From NCBI GenBank assembly GCA_050613775.1, contig JBODTK010000122.1:434001-498000 (forward strand): a stretch of DNA of 64,000 nt. Direction: 5' to 3'. The translations under genes were made by a program, and so were the position numbers. The DNA comes from Neocallimastix sp. 'constans'. Its lineage: Eukaryota. How positions within the stretch are numbered: the stretch's first letter is position 1; each line of letters begins with the position of its first letter. The notes below the pieces were generated by a model. The model had not been told where the DNA came from. It saw only the letters and a program-made list of their open reading frames with translations, and made no database searches. This document shows, piece by piece, positions 15,345 through 29,629 of the stretch.

Positions 15345-16035
15345 GAAATAAAAAATAAAATAAAATAAAATAGTAGAATATGAATATAAAGTATAAATTT
15401 AATAAAATAAAATAAAATAAAATAAAATAAAATAAAATAAAATAAAATAAAATAAAATAAAATAAAATAAAATAAAATAAAATAAAATAAAATAAAATAA
15501 AATAAAATAAAATAAAATAAAATAAAATAAAATAAAATAAAATAAAATAAAATAAAATAAAATAAAATAAAATAAAATAAAATAAAATAAAATAAAATAA
15601 AATAAAATAAAATAAAATAAAATAAAATAAAATAAAATAAAATAAATAGCTAAAATATAAATTTAAAGTACAGATTGAATAAAATAAAATAAAATAAAAT
15701 AAAATAAAATAAAATAAAATAAAATAAAATAAAATAAAATAAAATAAAATAAAATAAAATAAAAAGTAGAATATTAAATAAGAAAGTACAGATTGAATAA
15801 AATAAAATAAAATAAAATAAAATAAAATAAAATAAAATAAAATAAAATAAAATAAAATAAAATAAAATAAAATAAAATAAAATAAAATAAAATAAAATAA
15901 AATAAAATAAAATAAAATAAAATAAAATAAAATAAAATAAAATAAAATTAAATAAAATAAAATAAAATAAAATAAAATAAAATAAATAATAGAAATATAA
16001 ATATAAAGTATAGATTTAATTAAAATAAAATAAAA
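15345..16035. repeat. Compound satellite: (AAAAT)n arrays punctuated by a ~35-bp core
   Basis: Core TAGTAGAATAT...AAAGTACAGATTGAAT variants at ~15371, 15646, 15765 and 15987. Confidence 0.9.
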
Positions 16036-16986
16036 AAAATAGAATAGCAATAAGAAATAAAATAATATAAAATAAAAATAAAAAGTAGAATAACAATAAG
16101 AAATAAAATTAATCTCCATGTTCATTTTGAATGTTTTAATTTCATTTTTTAAAAAAACTTTATTAATTATAATTTTAATTTCATTTCAATTTCAAGAAAA
16201 CTTTATTTTATTATCTATAAAAAAAAAAAAAAAAAATTAATAAATTCTGATAATTGAATTTTTATTAAATTATAATTAACTATAAATAATACAATTTATT
16301 ATATTACATTATATTACATTATATTATATTATATTATATTATATTCACTGATCATCCATATTCGATATAATAAATATAAATATTAATATAAATAAAAAAA
16401 AAAGAATTAATTTTTTTAAAAATTAAGAAAAATAAAAAACTTTTTTTTATTCTAATTTTATTCTTCTTTTTTTTTTTTTTTTTTTTTTATGAATTATTCA
16501 TTTAAAGAATTATTTTAATTAAATATTATAAATTATACCTTATCATTTTTTGATCATCAACTAATCAATATTTTTAGAGAATTTTTTTTTTTTTTTTACT
16601 TCAATAAAATTTAAATAAAAATATATTTAAATATTTATTTGTTATACTCCTTTTATTTTATGAAAGGGAAAAAAAAAAAAAAAAACTATAACGAATATAT
16701 ATAAATTATTTACAATTTATTTATCATTTATATAATATTTATACATAAAAAAAAAAAAAAAAAACAATTAATTAAATTTCAATATAATAGCAAAAAATAA
16801 ATCTCGAGGATTTATAATTAATAAATAAATTTAAATATAATATTAAATTTTTAATGTTATGAAATCTCTAGTAACATATAAAATTAAGTAATTAATTTTT
16901 TTTAATTTTATTTTTTTTTTACTAAATAAAAATATATTATGAGGTAACAGCAATAAAATTATAAAAGGCTTAATATGTAATATTTA

Positions 16987-17024
<38 letters not shown>

Positions 17025-17911
17025 AAAATAAAAATAAAAATAAAACTTCTCTTTAATATTATTAACATTCAAAAGGTATAAATATATATTTATCATTTTA
17101 ATAAATATTTAATATATATTTATATTAAATATATATTATAATATAAAATATATATATTTTTATATTATATATATATTTTTTTATCTCTATACATTTTATT
17201 TCATAGTAAATTTATCTTTTTTAGATTTCATATTTATTAAATTTTTTATTTATTTTTTTATTTTTTGTACAAATTTTAAAAGGTTTATATTTAGAATTTT
17301 TTTTATACACTATCGAACATTATAAAAAATATTTTGCATTAATACTGAAATCTTTCAAAATTGTAATATAAATTAGTTTTCATATTACGAGAAACACAAA
17401 CAATAAATTAAGATTTAATAGAAATATACAAATAAAAGGATTAAATATTTAAATCAAAGAAAGAAAATAATAATAATAATAATTAAAATGTATGTTTATT
17501 ATATAGATGAAAACGATATAATATAATAATTATCATAAAAAAGTAAATTAAATTAAATTAAATTAATATTAAAAAAATATATATATATTCAATTAACAAA
17601 TAAAACTAAATCTCTATTTAAATTAAAATAATATCAATAAAAAGAAAAAAAAAAAAGTATAACAGTAAAAAGAAAATAAAAAATAAAAAAATAAAAAAAA
17701 ATAATATAAATAAATAAATAAATTCATAATTGAATAAAAAAAAATAAATTTATTCTTTTTTTTTTTTTTTTAAAAAAAAAGGATTTTTTCAATTTATTAT
17801 ATACAGTATTTATAATAAAATAATTAATTAATAAATAAATAAATAATAACAATAAACCAATTTTAACTATACCAACAATTCAATTTAATATAAAATTAGA
17901 ATAATGAAAAA

Positions 17912-18764
17912 ATGGCCAATTTAATATTGAAAGCATATAAATATTATAAAGAAAAATTAGATTTGATATTAAATAGTAAAACCTATGCCATAATAAATAT
18001 TGTCATTTTAATTTTTAGTGCCATTTCTCTTTCTAATGGTACTATTTCAAGTAATAATGACATGATAGATTTAATTTTCTTTCAATTAGATAAAGTCTAT
18101 TCTGTATTTTTCATCATTGATTCTATTTTAACTTTCACAGTAACTCCTATCAAAAAAACATTAACAACGTTTTGGGGTATTTTTAATGTATTAGTAGGTG
18201 TTATCAGTTTTTGTTCACTTTATGACCTTCCTAACTTTACTTCTATTAGACTTTGGCTTATTATTAAATATTTACCAAAATTACCAGGTAAAAATAAAAT
18301 TAAAAAAAAAAAAAAAAAATAAGAAAAAAAAAAAAAAGATAATATATATTAATATATATTTATAATATTATAAAATATATTAAATATAAAATAATTAATA
18401 ACAAATTATGTTAATGATTTATTAATAATTAATAAATGTTGACTTTATATATAGGCTTGAAGTATGTCGAAACAATTTGTGGTGCATTAGGAAGTTCTAT
18501 TCCAATTATTAAGGATATTGGTATATTCACAGGATTTTTCTTTACTGGGGCTGGTATTTTATTAGTTGCATTTTTAGGTGGTAAATTATCCTATCGATGT
18601 GTTAATAATAAAGGAGATCTTTATGATGAGGAATTTATTTGTAATCCAAGCTATAATCAATGCCCTAAAAATTATGAATGTAAAGATATGCATATTAATC
18701 CTGATAAAGGAACTATTAGTTTTGATAATATTTTAATTTCATGGTTAAATATATTTCAGGTAAA

Positions 18765-18837
<73 letters not shown>

Positions 18838-21206
18838 TTAATAAATATAAATTTAAAGTAAAAAAAAAAAAAAAAAAAAAAAATTAAAAAAATATAAAAA
18901 AATAATAATAATATAAAATAATATAATATATATATTAAATGAATATAAAATTTCACACAATTATTATTTGTTCATAATAATTTTTAAAAAATTTAAATAT
19001 GTAAATATTTTTATTCTAATATTAATGTTTCATATTATTTCTATAATTTAACAAATTAATATATACATATATAGATTTTAACCACTGAAGGTTGGTCGAA
19101 TATTTATTTCACAGTTTCAAGCGTAACAACAAAACTTATTATAGTTTTCTTTATATTTATTATTATCATTGGAAATTGGTTGATTCTTCAATTGATTGTT
19201 GCAACTGTAGTTTCCAATCTTCAAAACTCAATTACAATCAATAAAACATATAATTTCAAAATGAAGAAAACATATATTTCAAATATTGATTCTAATAATA
19301 AAAATCAACTTTTAAGAAAAAAATTGGAATCATTTATTAATAAACAATGGGTAGAAAATACTATTTTGTGTATTACGATTATTGATACAGTAGCAATTTG
19401 TTTAATTAATAATAATATTTCAAAAGATTTACAAGATTTAATTTATCGTATCAGTTTATTATGTACTATCATTTTCATTACAGAAATGATAATAAAACTT
19501 TATGTATTGGGAATTAAAGGTTACGTAACTTCTTCATTTTACAATGTTACGGATGGTGTATTTACTCTTATTTCAATTGGTGAATTATTTATTCAAAATG
19601 ATAATGGTGTAGCTGTTTTTAGAGTGCTGCGTGCCTTTCGTGTACTTCGTTTAACCAAATTTATTCCACAACTATCAAATTTGATTGCTGTGTTTTGTGA
19701 TTCCGCAAAACCTTTACTTTCTTTAATTACTATTTGGGGTTTATCAATTATTAGTTTCAGTTTATTTGCTGTACAATTCTTTGAAGGAGGAATGAATTTC
19801 AGTAATAATAAGCCAAAAACCAATTTTGAAAATTTCTTTTATTCCTTTTTATCAGTTATACAACTTTATACAGTAGAAAATTGGGATTCTATTAAAACAA
19901 ATGTATCAGAATCTAAAAATATTTATGCTACCATTATTCCAGTAATAATTATTATTATAGGGGCATATATTTTCTCTCAATTCCTTATTGCTATTTTACT
20001 TAATTCTATCTTGGATCGATTAAAAAATGATTTCTATTTCCAAGAATTAAATAATGATAAAAGAGATGCTAAACATATTATTAAATATGTATTTAATGAA
20101 TTATTTGATGCTAAATTCGATGATGATGATCTTTATATCGATGAAAAATTAGATGGTCCTCAATATACCGCTTTAGCAACAGGCTCCGAATTTGATGAAA
20201 CCGAAGATGATGAAAATATAAAAGATAGTAATTATGAATATATAGATAAAAAAGAGAAAAAAGATAAATTAAAATTAGATAAAAATAAAGATAAAGATAA
20301 AGCTAAGAATAATAATAAAAATAAGATTAAAAATAAAAATGAAATGGAAAATGAAAATGAAGAAAATAATGAAGATAAAAATAAAATAAATTCTTCACTT
20401 CCCACAAGTAATACTATACAAAAACATCATACAATTTTAGAAACATTAAGAAGAAATCCTACTAGTCATTATGATTATATACAAAAAAGACAAACCTTAT
20501 TAGATACATTAAGAAATAATCCAGCTACTCTAAATTTTGAGTCCTCTATTCAAAAACAATCCTCCATTCTTCAATCTCTAAGAAGAGATTATTCTCCAAC
20601 AGGTGAATCTATTAAAAAAAATCAAACCATATTAAATAATTTAAAGAGAAACCGTACCACTATTAATTCGGCTGGTTCTAATTTAAAACATGTCTCTATA
20701 TTTAAGGATATAAAAAGAAATCAAACTGCATTCACTGGTAACAGGATACCATCAAAACTTAAAGAGGAACAAACTATATTACCGATGAGTACTAATTATT
20801 CTACAAATATACCACTTCATCAATTAAATATGTCTAATAGAAATAATAATCATGGAGAAGGTCCTTCTTCATCTTCCTCTCCTTCTACATCTACAAATGG
20901 ATTTATGAATAAAAATAATGATAGTAATGAAAAGTAAGTAATAAAATAAAAATAAAAATAAAATAAATTAAAATAAAATAAAATAAAAAATTGTTTAAAT
21001 ATATATATATATATATACTTTTCTTTCCTATAATATAATTATTATTATTATTATTAATATTTATATTTATTATATATATATAATATATTTTATTTAATTA
21101 AATTTTTAATAATATATTTATTTACTAACATTTATATTCAATCATTATTAAAATTAATTTAATTTCTTATATTATAATAATAATAATATATATATATTTT
21201 TTTTTT

Positions 21207-21251
<45 letters not shown>

Positions 21252-24200
21252 TCTCATTAAATATAATACTACAATTGATATTGATGATGATGAAGCTAAT
21301 GAAGATATTTTTTCAAATGATGATAATATGAGTAATAATGAAGAAGTTTATTCAGAAAAATCAAATAAAACTAAAGTGAAAAATCTTATTTCACGTAATA
21401 TAACAAAATTTAAAGAAAAATATCCATTAGGTTTAAATGAAACTATGAATACCAATGTTAATTTTCCACAAGCATTTAATAAAGCAATTGATAGAAGTAA
21501 AACTAGAAAAGAAATGATTAGAGCTAAACAAAATACTAGAAAATATATATCTGGACTTAAAAATAAAAATTCTGTTGATTTATCAGAGAAATTTGATTCT
21601 GATGGAGATAGCTCTGATGACTTTTCAAAAGCAATTGATAGAAGTAAAACATATCTTGAAAATTTGAGATTTAAAAGAGAAAAAATTAGAAAAATTAGTA
21701 GTGATAGTAATTTCTCTAAAAAGAAAACAAAAACATCTGATATAATAGAAAATACATCCCCAATAAAAGATGAGCTTCTCATGGAAGATGATGATGAAAT
21801 TCAACATTCAGATAATTTAAAAATAAAAAAAGAGAATGAAGGTTATGATGATAAAATAAATAAAGATCATGATGAGGATAAGTCTAATGATGACTATAAT
21901 TCTAATCGTAAATCGTCAAATCATATGGATGATGGTACATTCTCTGGTAAATTAAAAAAATTGCATAAGAATTATAGAGATTCCTACTTTGTACATTTAT
22001 GTAATAAAGTTATGTATAGTAACATTTATTTCATCTTTATGTATGTTATCACTATATTAAGTTGTGCATCTATTATCTTTGAAAATCCAAAACTTAAACA
22101 AAATAAGCATTATGATCTCATTTTTATTCAAGATATTATTTTTGCATCAGTTTTCTCATTTGATTTAATCTTAAAGTTATTTGCTAATGGAATAGTTTTT
22201 TCAAGAAATGGTTACTTTAAAAGATTTATTTGTTGGATTGATCTCTTTACCGTGATTATTTCTATCATTAATATTACAAGTAGTAGAGATTATTTCCAAT
22301 CCATTCGTCTTCTGAAATTATGTTATATTATGCGATTTATCTATATGCAAGAAGGTTTAAGAATTGTAACTGTCGCTATTTGGAAAACAATACCATCCAT
22401 TTTTGTTGCAATTATTCCTTATATCTTTTATCTTTTAATTTGTTCTCTCATTGGTATTTCTCTCTTCGTAGATAAAGGTTGGCAATGTAGCGATACCTCC
22501 ATCTTAGAAAAAAATAAATGTAAAGGAAATTATATTGATCGTTTTGATAAAAATGTTACTCGTCATTGGATTCCTTATTCTGTAACCTTTGATAATTTCT
22601 TTGATGGTTTATTAAGTACTTTTGTTATATCTCATCAAGAAGCCTGGCCAGATATTATGTATCGTTATATTAATCTTTCTGCGGATGATACCGTTCGACC
22701 AGAAAAAATTCATTTAAATTATTCTATCTTTTTTGTTTTTGCTATCTTAATTGGTAATTGGCTTTTCCTTTCTGTTATTACAGCAGTTACTTTCAATAGT
22801 TTAAAACGAAATCAAGATATTTTAAGTGGAATGCAAGTAAGTTTTTTTTTTTTTTTTTTTTTTTTGTTAATAATATGTATTTATTATTAGTAGTAATAGT
22901 AGTAATAGTAGTAATAATAGTAATAATAGTAATAATAGTAATAATAGTAATAATAGTAATAATAGTAATAATAGTAATAATAGTAATAATAGTAATAATA
23001 GTAATAGTAGTAATAGTAGTAATAGTAGTAATAGTAGTAATAGTAGTAATAGTAGTAATAGTAGTAGAAATAGTAGAAGTTGTAAATTTAGTAATAATAA
23101 TTGTAGTAGAAATTTTAATTGTAGTAAAAATAATAGTAGTAAGAAGTAGTAATTGTAGTAATAATAATAGTAGTAGTAGTAGTTATAATTATATCGATAA
23201 AAGTTTATTAATAATATAAAAATATATATTAATTTTTTTTTTTCTTCAATTTTTCTAATAATTTTTATGGTATAATTAAATTTAAATAATTAAAAAAAAA
23301 AAAAAAAAAAAGTATTTAACAAATGGTCAAAGAAAAATATTAGATTATTTAAAAATATTAGTAACTAATCAACCAAAATTAAATGCAAGCTTTTCTGAAA
23401 GAACAAAAAATCCTAGAATTCGTGCATTAGTACAATCTAGTTTCTTTAATAGAATTATGTTAACTGTAATTTGTATCAATATTGCATTTATGATGATGAT
23501 GAGTTATAATTTAAATGAAACATTATCAACCATTTTATATGTTTCAGAATTTATCTTCACCTTTATTTATATTATTGAATTAGTTTTATTATTTAAGGCT
23601 TATGGTATAAAAGATTTTTTCAAAGATTTTTGGAATATTTTATCATTTATAATTGTATTTACCTCTGTATTATCACTTCTCTTCGTAACTCTTATTCCAT
23701 CATCATTTTTAGTTTTAATTCGTTTAATTCGTATTATTCGTCTTTTCCAATATTCAAAAGGTATCAAAGCATTGGGTATGGCTGTAATGTTTAACTTTAC
23801 TCAATTAATTAATGTTTTAATTGTAAGTATAATGATAATTTATATTATTATTAATAATAAAATGTAATAAAAAAATACTAAAAAAAAAAAAAAAATAATT
23901 GTTACCATCATTATTTATTTTTATTAAATTGTAAATAATTTAATCATTATATTTATATATTTATATTTATATTTATATTTATATTTATATTTATATTTAT
24001 ATTTATATTTATATTTATATTTATATTTATATTTATATTTATATTTATATTTATATTTATATTTATATTTATATTTATATTTATATTTATATTTATATTT
24101 ATATTTATATTTATATTTATATTTATATTTATATTTATATTTATATAATAGTTAATGTTTCTTACTTGTTGTATATACGCTGTTATTGGTTATACCTATT

Positions 24201-24368
24201 TTGGTGATATAAATATTGAACATACTAATTATTTAAATGAAAATGTCAATTTTTCTTCATTTAGTAAAAGTTTGACCACAGTATTTATCTTCTCTACAGG
24301 TAAAAAAATAATAATAATATTTATATCATTCATATATATAATTTTTTTATTTATATATTTGATTAATA

Positions 24369-24402
<34 letters not shown>

Positions 24403-25869
24403 TATTCTTATATATATATATATATAAATATATTTTGAATTCATTTATATAATAAAGGTGAAGGTTGGCCTTTTGGAATGGCAGATTGTATGGGTAAAAC
24501 AATAACAAATTGTGATCCTTTAAAAGAAAACTGTGGTACCCCATATGCGGTTATTTTCTTTATTACATTACATATTGTATTAAATTGGATTTTATTAAAT
24601 AGTTTTTCAGCTATTACTGTAGATACTTTCATTACTGTTTTAGAAGAACATGATGAAATTGTAAGATTAGAAAAAGTTTGGGATGAATTTAATAAACAAT
24701 GGATCGAATATGATAGAAATAAGTCTGGTGAAGTAATATTTACTGATTTAATTAATATTTATGATGACTTTGAACTTCCTAGAGGTGCTCAATGGGGAAG
24801 TCATGAAAGAGTGAAAGGTTTATTAGCTGAAAAACCACCTATTGAAGAATTATTTAAAAATATCAAAGTTAAAAATAATAAATGTAATTATGATGATGCC
24901 ATTTTCAGTTTCCTTAATTGTTGGATGGGTGAAGAATTACCGGAATCATATGTTAAGAAGGAAAAAGTAATTCCAAAGACTGGTTATGAAAAGAAGAATA
25001 TTGAGAAAGGTAAAGAAAAAATTTATAATATTAATGGAGGAAGTTCTAGTAGTTTAGGTACTTCTGCAATGTCTACACAAACAGTATCCAATTCTCCTTA
25101 TCCATATAACATTAATCCTAAGGAATTAGCCAAAAATAATGTCAATTTCTATTTAAGTGATGAAGATGATGAAGAATTTATTACTGATAATCAAAATATT
25201 AGTACTCCTCGTCAATTTAGCAATAAAAATCTTAATAAAGTTAATGTATTAATTGATGACACTCCAGATTTAACAAATAAAATGTTATCTTCTCCATTAG
25301 CTTCTTCATGTACCTCTTTAACTTCAAATGATGATGAGCGTACAATTAATAATATTAATATCAAAAATATAAACTTTGTTGATCAAGATGTTGAAAATCC
25401 TACGATGATGGAAGAAAATCGAAAAGATGATATTAATAATGCTATCATTAATAATAATGTTTATAAAAATATAAAATTTGGTAATGGCTATTCATCAGCT
25501 ACAAGTACTTCTGATGATCTAAATTCATTTAAAAGTAATAGTAATACTAGTGAGCGTACTCCATTAACACAAAAATATAATAATCCTTCAAATACTATCA
25601 TGGAACAAGAAGAAAAATTAAATAGTACAAACTATTCTAATAATAATAAAAAGTTTAAATTACCTTTCAAAGATACAATTACTGAAACCTTCTCGAAAGG
25701 TAAAGCTATTCTTTTACCAAAAAATAAAAATTCCTCAATTTCTAAAGATTTAATTAATGAAGATCAAGAATTACCATTTTCTGTCGTATATAATATATGG
25801 AAGGTTCAACATAAATATAAAACAAGTAAACAAAATGAACAAGATTATGATGAAATTACTATTTCATAG
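17912..25869 (+). CDS. Four-domain voltage-gated calcium channel alpha-1 subunit (Cav-like), paralogue B, 7 exons, ~2064 aa
   Basis: Exons 17912-18287, 18455-18759, 19075-20933, 21252-22836, 23313-23822, 24152-24299, 24458-25869 join in frame (6195 nt). Pore motifs TTEGW / TVENW / HQEAW / TG|EGW; colinear with paralogue A and shares its four intron positions. Confidence 0.93.
22888..23185. repeat. (AGTAAT/AGTAATAAT)n intronic microsatellite
   Basis: Directly visible; produces the spurious VIIVIIV ORF. Confidence 0.9.
23948..24146. repeat. (ATATTT)n intronic microsatellite
   Basis: Near-perfect hexamer array in intron 5 of paralogue B. Confidence 0.95.
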
Positions 25870-26158
25870 GAAAAAAAAAAATTAATGATAATAATAATAA
25901 AAAAAAAAAATAAAATAAAATAAAAATAAAAATACATATATAATAATAATAATAATAATAATAAATAATAATAATTAATAATCAATAATATTATTATTAA
26001 AGTATCTAGAATAGATTTATTATAAAAGTATTTTATATTTAATATATATAATTTATTATTTATTAAATTTTATGAAAATTTATTTAAACATGTATTTTTA
26101 GATTTTTTTTATTTTTATTTTTTTTTATTTTTTTTTAATACAATTTTTATTTTTATAT

Positions 26159-26193
<35 letters not shown>

Positions 26194-26262
26194 TTTTTTA
26201 ATTTCAATATTTTTTATATAACTTTAAATTTTTTAAAAAATATGGTAAAATACGGTATGCAG

Positions 26263-26296
<34 letters not shown>

Positions 26297-26322
26297 ATTT
26301 CTTATTATACTTTTTTTTATTA

Positions 26323-26353
<31 letters not shown>

Positions 26354-27673
26354 TTTTTCTTTAAATTTCTGTTTAAAATATATATTCTATTAAATAAATT
26401 AATTTTTTTTTTTTTTTTAAAGAAAAAAAAAATATATATATATATATAATATATATACATAGTTTTATTTATTTATTTGTTTTTATATTTATTTATTTAT
26501 TTATTTATTAAAATTTTATTAATTTTATTATTTCCTTAATTTTTTTTTCATTTTCATTACTGGTCATTTCTTTTCAAATATGAATAACTTACCAACCATA
26601 TTGAAGAGAACTTTTTTCTAAAAAAAAAAAAAAAAAACCTTTTTTCATTGAAAATTGATTTTTTAGTAATATAAATATTTTATTATCATTTTTTTATCTT
26701 ATATAATCTATACTATTAACAAAATATTTTTAACTAAAAAAAAAAAAAAAAAAAATTCATAATTGATAAGCATAATAATTGTTAATGATTGAATTTTTTT
26801 CTAACTAACAAATGAAGTATATTAAATACGTCACAACTTTTTTACATTTTAATTGTTTTTAATAAACAAGTAATAAACTATTAATTTTATAATGATATTA
26901 GTCATGTGATTTAATTTAATTAATGAAATTGATAATTAGAAAAAAATAAACTAAATAAGTATATTTCATAATAAAATTTTTTTTTTTTTTTTTTTTTTTT
27001 TAAACTAAACAAAAGAAATAAAAAATAAAATATTAAATATATTATTTTTTTTTTAATAAAAAAAATAATATAAAAATTTTTGGTTAAAAAAAAAAAGGAG
27101 AAGAAATTAATATATTAATATTGAAATAAATAAAATAAAGAATAATAATAAATTTATATATATACAACATTGAAATCAATTAAATTATATATATATATGT
27201 AAAATATATCTTTACTATATTTCATTATTGTTATATTTTTTGTTATTTATCAATTTAAAAGTTTAATTTCCATTGTGAAAAAAAAATATAAAAAAATATA
27301 TATGTATATTAATAAATAAATTATAATTTATTTTATTAACGCATATAGAAATTAAAATAATAAAAATAAAAAATATATATATTCATACGTTCATACCTAC
27401 ATACATATACTAATAAGAATATTTTTTTAGTAAAGATAATATTATTAAAATTTAAGCGTAATATTGTTAATATCTTTATCTTTTGATTTAAAAAGAATAA
27501 AAAAAAACAAAAAAAAAAAAACAAAAAAAAAAAAAAAAAAACAACAAAGATTAAAAAATTTTATTACATTTTCTATTCCTAAAGGAAAATCTTTCAAGAA
27601 TTTTTTATTTTTTTTTTATTATATTTTTTTTAATCGTCATTATTATTACTAATACCATTACTATTATTATTAA

Positions 27674-27707
<34 letters not shown>

Positions 27708-27783
27708 TAAACAATTCAATAAAAAAAAAGAAAGTAATTTTCAAATAATTTTAAAGAAAATTAAAAAAAATAAATAAATAAAA

Positions 27784-27816
<33 letters not shown>

Positions 27817-27869
27817 GAATAGAAATCTAATATTAATTATCTTTCTTCTCCTTTTTAAAATTTAAAGAA

Positions 27870-27902
<33 letters not shown>

Positions 27903-28314
27903 AAAATTAAAAGAATTATATATAATAATTATGTAATATATATAAACATTACATAATTTTTAATATATACAAATTTGTACTAAAATATAAAATATATAAA
28001 TTTAAAAAGAAAGAAAAAAAAAAAATAAAAGTATAAAATTATATTAAAATTAAAATAAATATATATAAAAATTAAAAATATAAGAATAAAAATAAAAAAT
28101 TGAAATTCCAAAATTTCAAAATTAAAAAACAATTAAAATAGAAATCACTTAATAAAATTTAATTAAATTAAAAAGCATAAATATTGATATTTGATTTTAT
28201 TTAATCAATATTTAATCTAAAATAATTAAATTATTTTTTATAAAGCTTTCATTAAAACTTTAAGTAATACATAAATTTCAATATATTATTATATATATAA
28301 ACGTTAAATAAAGA

Positions 28315-29573
28315 ATGTCTTGGGCATCAGCATTAAAAGAAATTGTAGATGAGAATGAGGTGAAGGAATTATATAAATCGGAGGAAAATATTGAAAAGGA
28401 ATATTTTAAAGAGTTAATGGGCCATAATAATAATAAAAATAATTTCAAGATACCCCAATTTTTTTTTAAAGTAAATAAGATATTTTAAAAAAATTAATGT
28501 ATTATATATATTAACGATTGGATTAATAGTATTATTTAATTATTTTTATTATTGAATAGCGAAAATTTGAATTTTAATAAATTCAAATTTCCAATTCTTT
28601 TAATTTTAATAAATTCAAATTTTCAAGTCTTTAATTTTAATTTTATATTAATTAATTTTTATATAAAATTTTTAATTTTGTATATATATGTAAATTTTAA
28701 ATATCATAATATATATATATTTAATTGGTGGAAAAATAGAAAAAGAAGAATACAAAATTACAAAATCAATTACAGAAAGCAAGTTATTATAGTTTACATT
28801 CAGAAATTAATGATAATTTATTAAATGAAGATGATTTAGATGAATTATGGATTGCATTATGTGAAAGTAGTAACAATCACGAACCACAAGCTTTTAAAGT
28901 AAATATAATATAATAAAAATAAAATAAAATAAAATAAAAATAAAAAAATAAAAATAATTAATTATATAATAAATTACTTTATCAAATACAAAAAATTATT
29001 TCATTAAAATAAAATAAAAAAATAAAAAATAAAAAATAAAAAATAAAAAATAAAAAATAAAAAATAAAAATAAAAATAAAATTAAAAAATAAAATTAAAC
29101 TTAAAATTAAACTTAAAATAAAAATTTTAAAATAAAATAAAATTTGCTTATTTTTTTTTAGAAATTATCATATTTTGATTTCACTGCAATTTCAGCAGCA
29201 TTACCCGAAAAATTTAAAGAATATTTCTCAACAAAAATATTTTATCAATTAATGGATGAAAGTGGTTATATATATATTAGAACTTTCTTTAATTATGTCG
29301 TTAAAAAAGGTTTAATAAATAATGAATAATCATCGAATTTTGTTTTTATAAATTAATATATATAAATCTTCAATAAAAATTTTATATAATATTTATAAAT
29401 ACTAAAAGTATTCATTTTTCTATGTAGTTTCATTTAAGCAAACAAGATTAGACCTTAGCTTATATGATACAGATAATACTGGATTTTTAACTGAAGACGT
29501 ATGTTTTAATAAATAATAAAATTATATATATATTTTTTAATTTAACTAGGACTTAATGAATTATCGTATTAAC

Positions 29574-29629
<56 letters not shown>

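Noticed and set aside
3251..25869. Naming the channels CCH1, or treating the duplication as an assembly or haplotype artefact
   Set aside because: EEEE filter, charged S4s and IQ-like motif argue against assigning CCH1 without a phylogeny; the copies differ widely in sequence, loops and intron number, so they are not alleles.
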